The position numbers and the translations under genes are program-made. A stretch of 54,761 nucleotides of DNA from an uncultured bacterium. Its GTDB lineage: Bacteria > Deinococcota > Deinococci > Deinococcales > Trueperaceae. The DNA is taken from the NCBI GenBank assembly GCA_964634665.1, contig CAZWJZ010000002.1:1-54761 (forward strand), in the 5' to 3' direction. Positions 53,913-54,761 of this stretch are shown piece after piece; position 1 is the stretch's first letter; every line of letters starts with the position of its first letter. The notes under the pieces are model-generated. The model worked only from the letters and a program-made list of their open reading frames with translations, was not told the origin of the DNA and did not search any database.

Positions 53913-54761
53913 ATGAATAGACGGATTCTGATGGGTCTTAGTTTTGTTTTTCTACTAAGCATCTGCGTCGCTCAAGCGGAACCCAAAGTTGTCGTAACTA
54001 TAGGTATGCTTGGTGATATTGTCAAAGAAATAGGCGGTGACTGCATAGATGTTGAAGTCATGATGGGCCCAGGCATAGACCCACACTTATATAAAGCAAG
54101 CGCAGGCGATGTGCAAACGTTGCAAAATGCAGACATTATTTTCTACTCAGGTTTACACCTAGAAGGACAACTTGGCGAAGTCTTCGAAAATTTAGCTCAA
54201 AAACGACCTGTCATAGCTGTAACTGAACGCGCTGTACCCGAAGAAAGCATCATAAAAACTAGCTCAGATTACGGTGTAGACCCACATGTCTGGATGGACT
54301 CGAGTCTTTGGGCACAAACAATCGACGTAATTGCCGAAGAACTAAGCAAACTCAAACCTGACTGCGCAACAGACATAAACACTCGAGCGCAAACTTACAA
54401 ACCACAACTCTTAGCTTTGCATGACTGGGTGAAAACGAGTATTGCTAGCATTCCGGCAGAACAACGCATTTTGGTTACAGCGCATGATGCTTTCTTTTAC
54501 TATGCTAAGGCCTACAGCATAGATGTAGCAGGCATTCAGGGTATATCTACAGAATCAGAAGCAGCTATTGCAGATATTCGTGATACGGTAGATACCATAG
54601 TAGAACGCAATGTCCCTGCGATTTTTGTTGAAAGCACCATTAACCCGCGCACTATAGAAGCTGTCAAACAAGCGGTTGAAGACAGAGGCCAAAGCATCGT
54701 CATAGGTGGTGAACTCTTCTCAGATGCTATGGGTGAGAGCGGTAGTGCAGCTGGTACTTAT
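53913..54761 (+). CDS. Metal (Mn/Zn) ABC transporter substrate-binding protein, TroA/ZnuA cluster 9, 3'-truncated by the window end
   Basis: GGAGG RBS and a signal peptide. GPGIDPHLY and DPHVWMD metal-ligand motifs. Open for 283 codons to the window edge. Not in the ORF track because no stop codon falls within the window. Confidence 0.85.
   Translation, partial: MNRRILMGLSFVFLLSICVAQAEPKVVVTIGMLGDIVKEIGGDCIDVEVMMGPGIDPHLYKASAGDVQTLQNADIIFYSGLHLEGQLGEVFENLAQKRPVIAVTERAVPEESIIKTSSDYGVDPHVWMDSSLWAQTIDVIAEELSKLKPDCATDINTRAQTYKPQLLALHDWVKTSIASIPAEQRILVTAHDAFFYYAKAYSIDVAGIQGISTESEAAIADIRDTVDTIVERNVPAIFVESTINPRTIEAVKQAVEDRGQSIVIGGELFSDAMGESGSAAGTY

Larger units (their letters stand above)
8..54387. 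repeat. Dispersed hyper-abundant palindrome RCTCGAGY (CTCGAG core), at least 81 copies across the window
   Basis: Hand scan. First sites at 8, 327, 1059, 1519, 2094, 3290, 4430, 5241, 5247, 6777, 6822, 6859. Last sites at 52924, 53780, 54299, 54382. 77 of 81 have a purine 5' and a pyrimidine 3' of the hexamer. Sites occur in genes of both strands, in all three frames, and in spacers. Confidence 0.9.

Noticed and set aside
1-54761. Search for tRNA, rRNA, tmRNA, transposase/integrase genes, prophage genes and toxin-antitoxin pairs
   Set aside because: I found no conserved T-loop or acceptor patterns, no rRNA-like stretches and no recombinase or transposase motifs by eye. Small structured RNAs could still be missed without covariance-model searches.

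Overview
54.8-kb chromosomal segment, roughly mid-40s % GC by eye, from a bacterium I cannot identify. I count about 53 protein genes and found no rRNA, tRNA, CRISPR array, transposase or integrase. Gene content, left to right: a LacI-controlled GH42 beta-galactosidase plus sugar ABC operon (261-7862); hslO; a two-gene P-loop NTPase cassette (9584-12913); recX, meaB, coaD, an S9 peptidase, tdk, trmB, pgeF, coaE; a TPR-GGDEF cyclase; an ECF sigma/anti-sigma pair; Thr/Ser PLP enzymes; aroE; a kynurenine-pathway cluster (kynA, kynU, candidate formamidase); a radical-SAM/SPASM, HPr-kinase-like and nucleotidyltransferase cluster (44718-48722); glyQS behind a GGC-specifier T-box; and mntR with perfect palindromic operators next to a metal-binding ABC protein cut by the right edge. 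The T-box, leaderless-type promoters, a long-form TrmB and a DinB-family gene fit a Deinococcus-Thermus, Chloroflexi or Firmicutes-like lineage, but I cannot assign one. The most unusual signals are: (1) the 8-bp palindrome RCTCGAGY is several-fold over-represented, in all reading frames and in intergenic DNA, resembling cyanobacterial HIP1. (2) A translationally coupled lipoprotein, HprK-like kinase and rSAM/SPASM operon sits next to an NTP_transf_5 gene with no visible precursor peptide. (3) A paired AAA+/winged-helix NTPase cassette (the second protein adds TPR-like repeats) lies behind a palindrome-guarded, leaderless-type promoter and is a candidate defence or surveillance module. (4) A kb- and sub-gene-scale mosaic of A+C-rich versus G+T-rich composition switches inside intact ORFs. 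(5) CACTTTT-type heptad tracts, a 34-nt dispersed intergenic element, and a promoter-plus-attenuator-like small transcript. All coordinates and counts were derived by hand and need computational confirmation.
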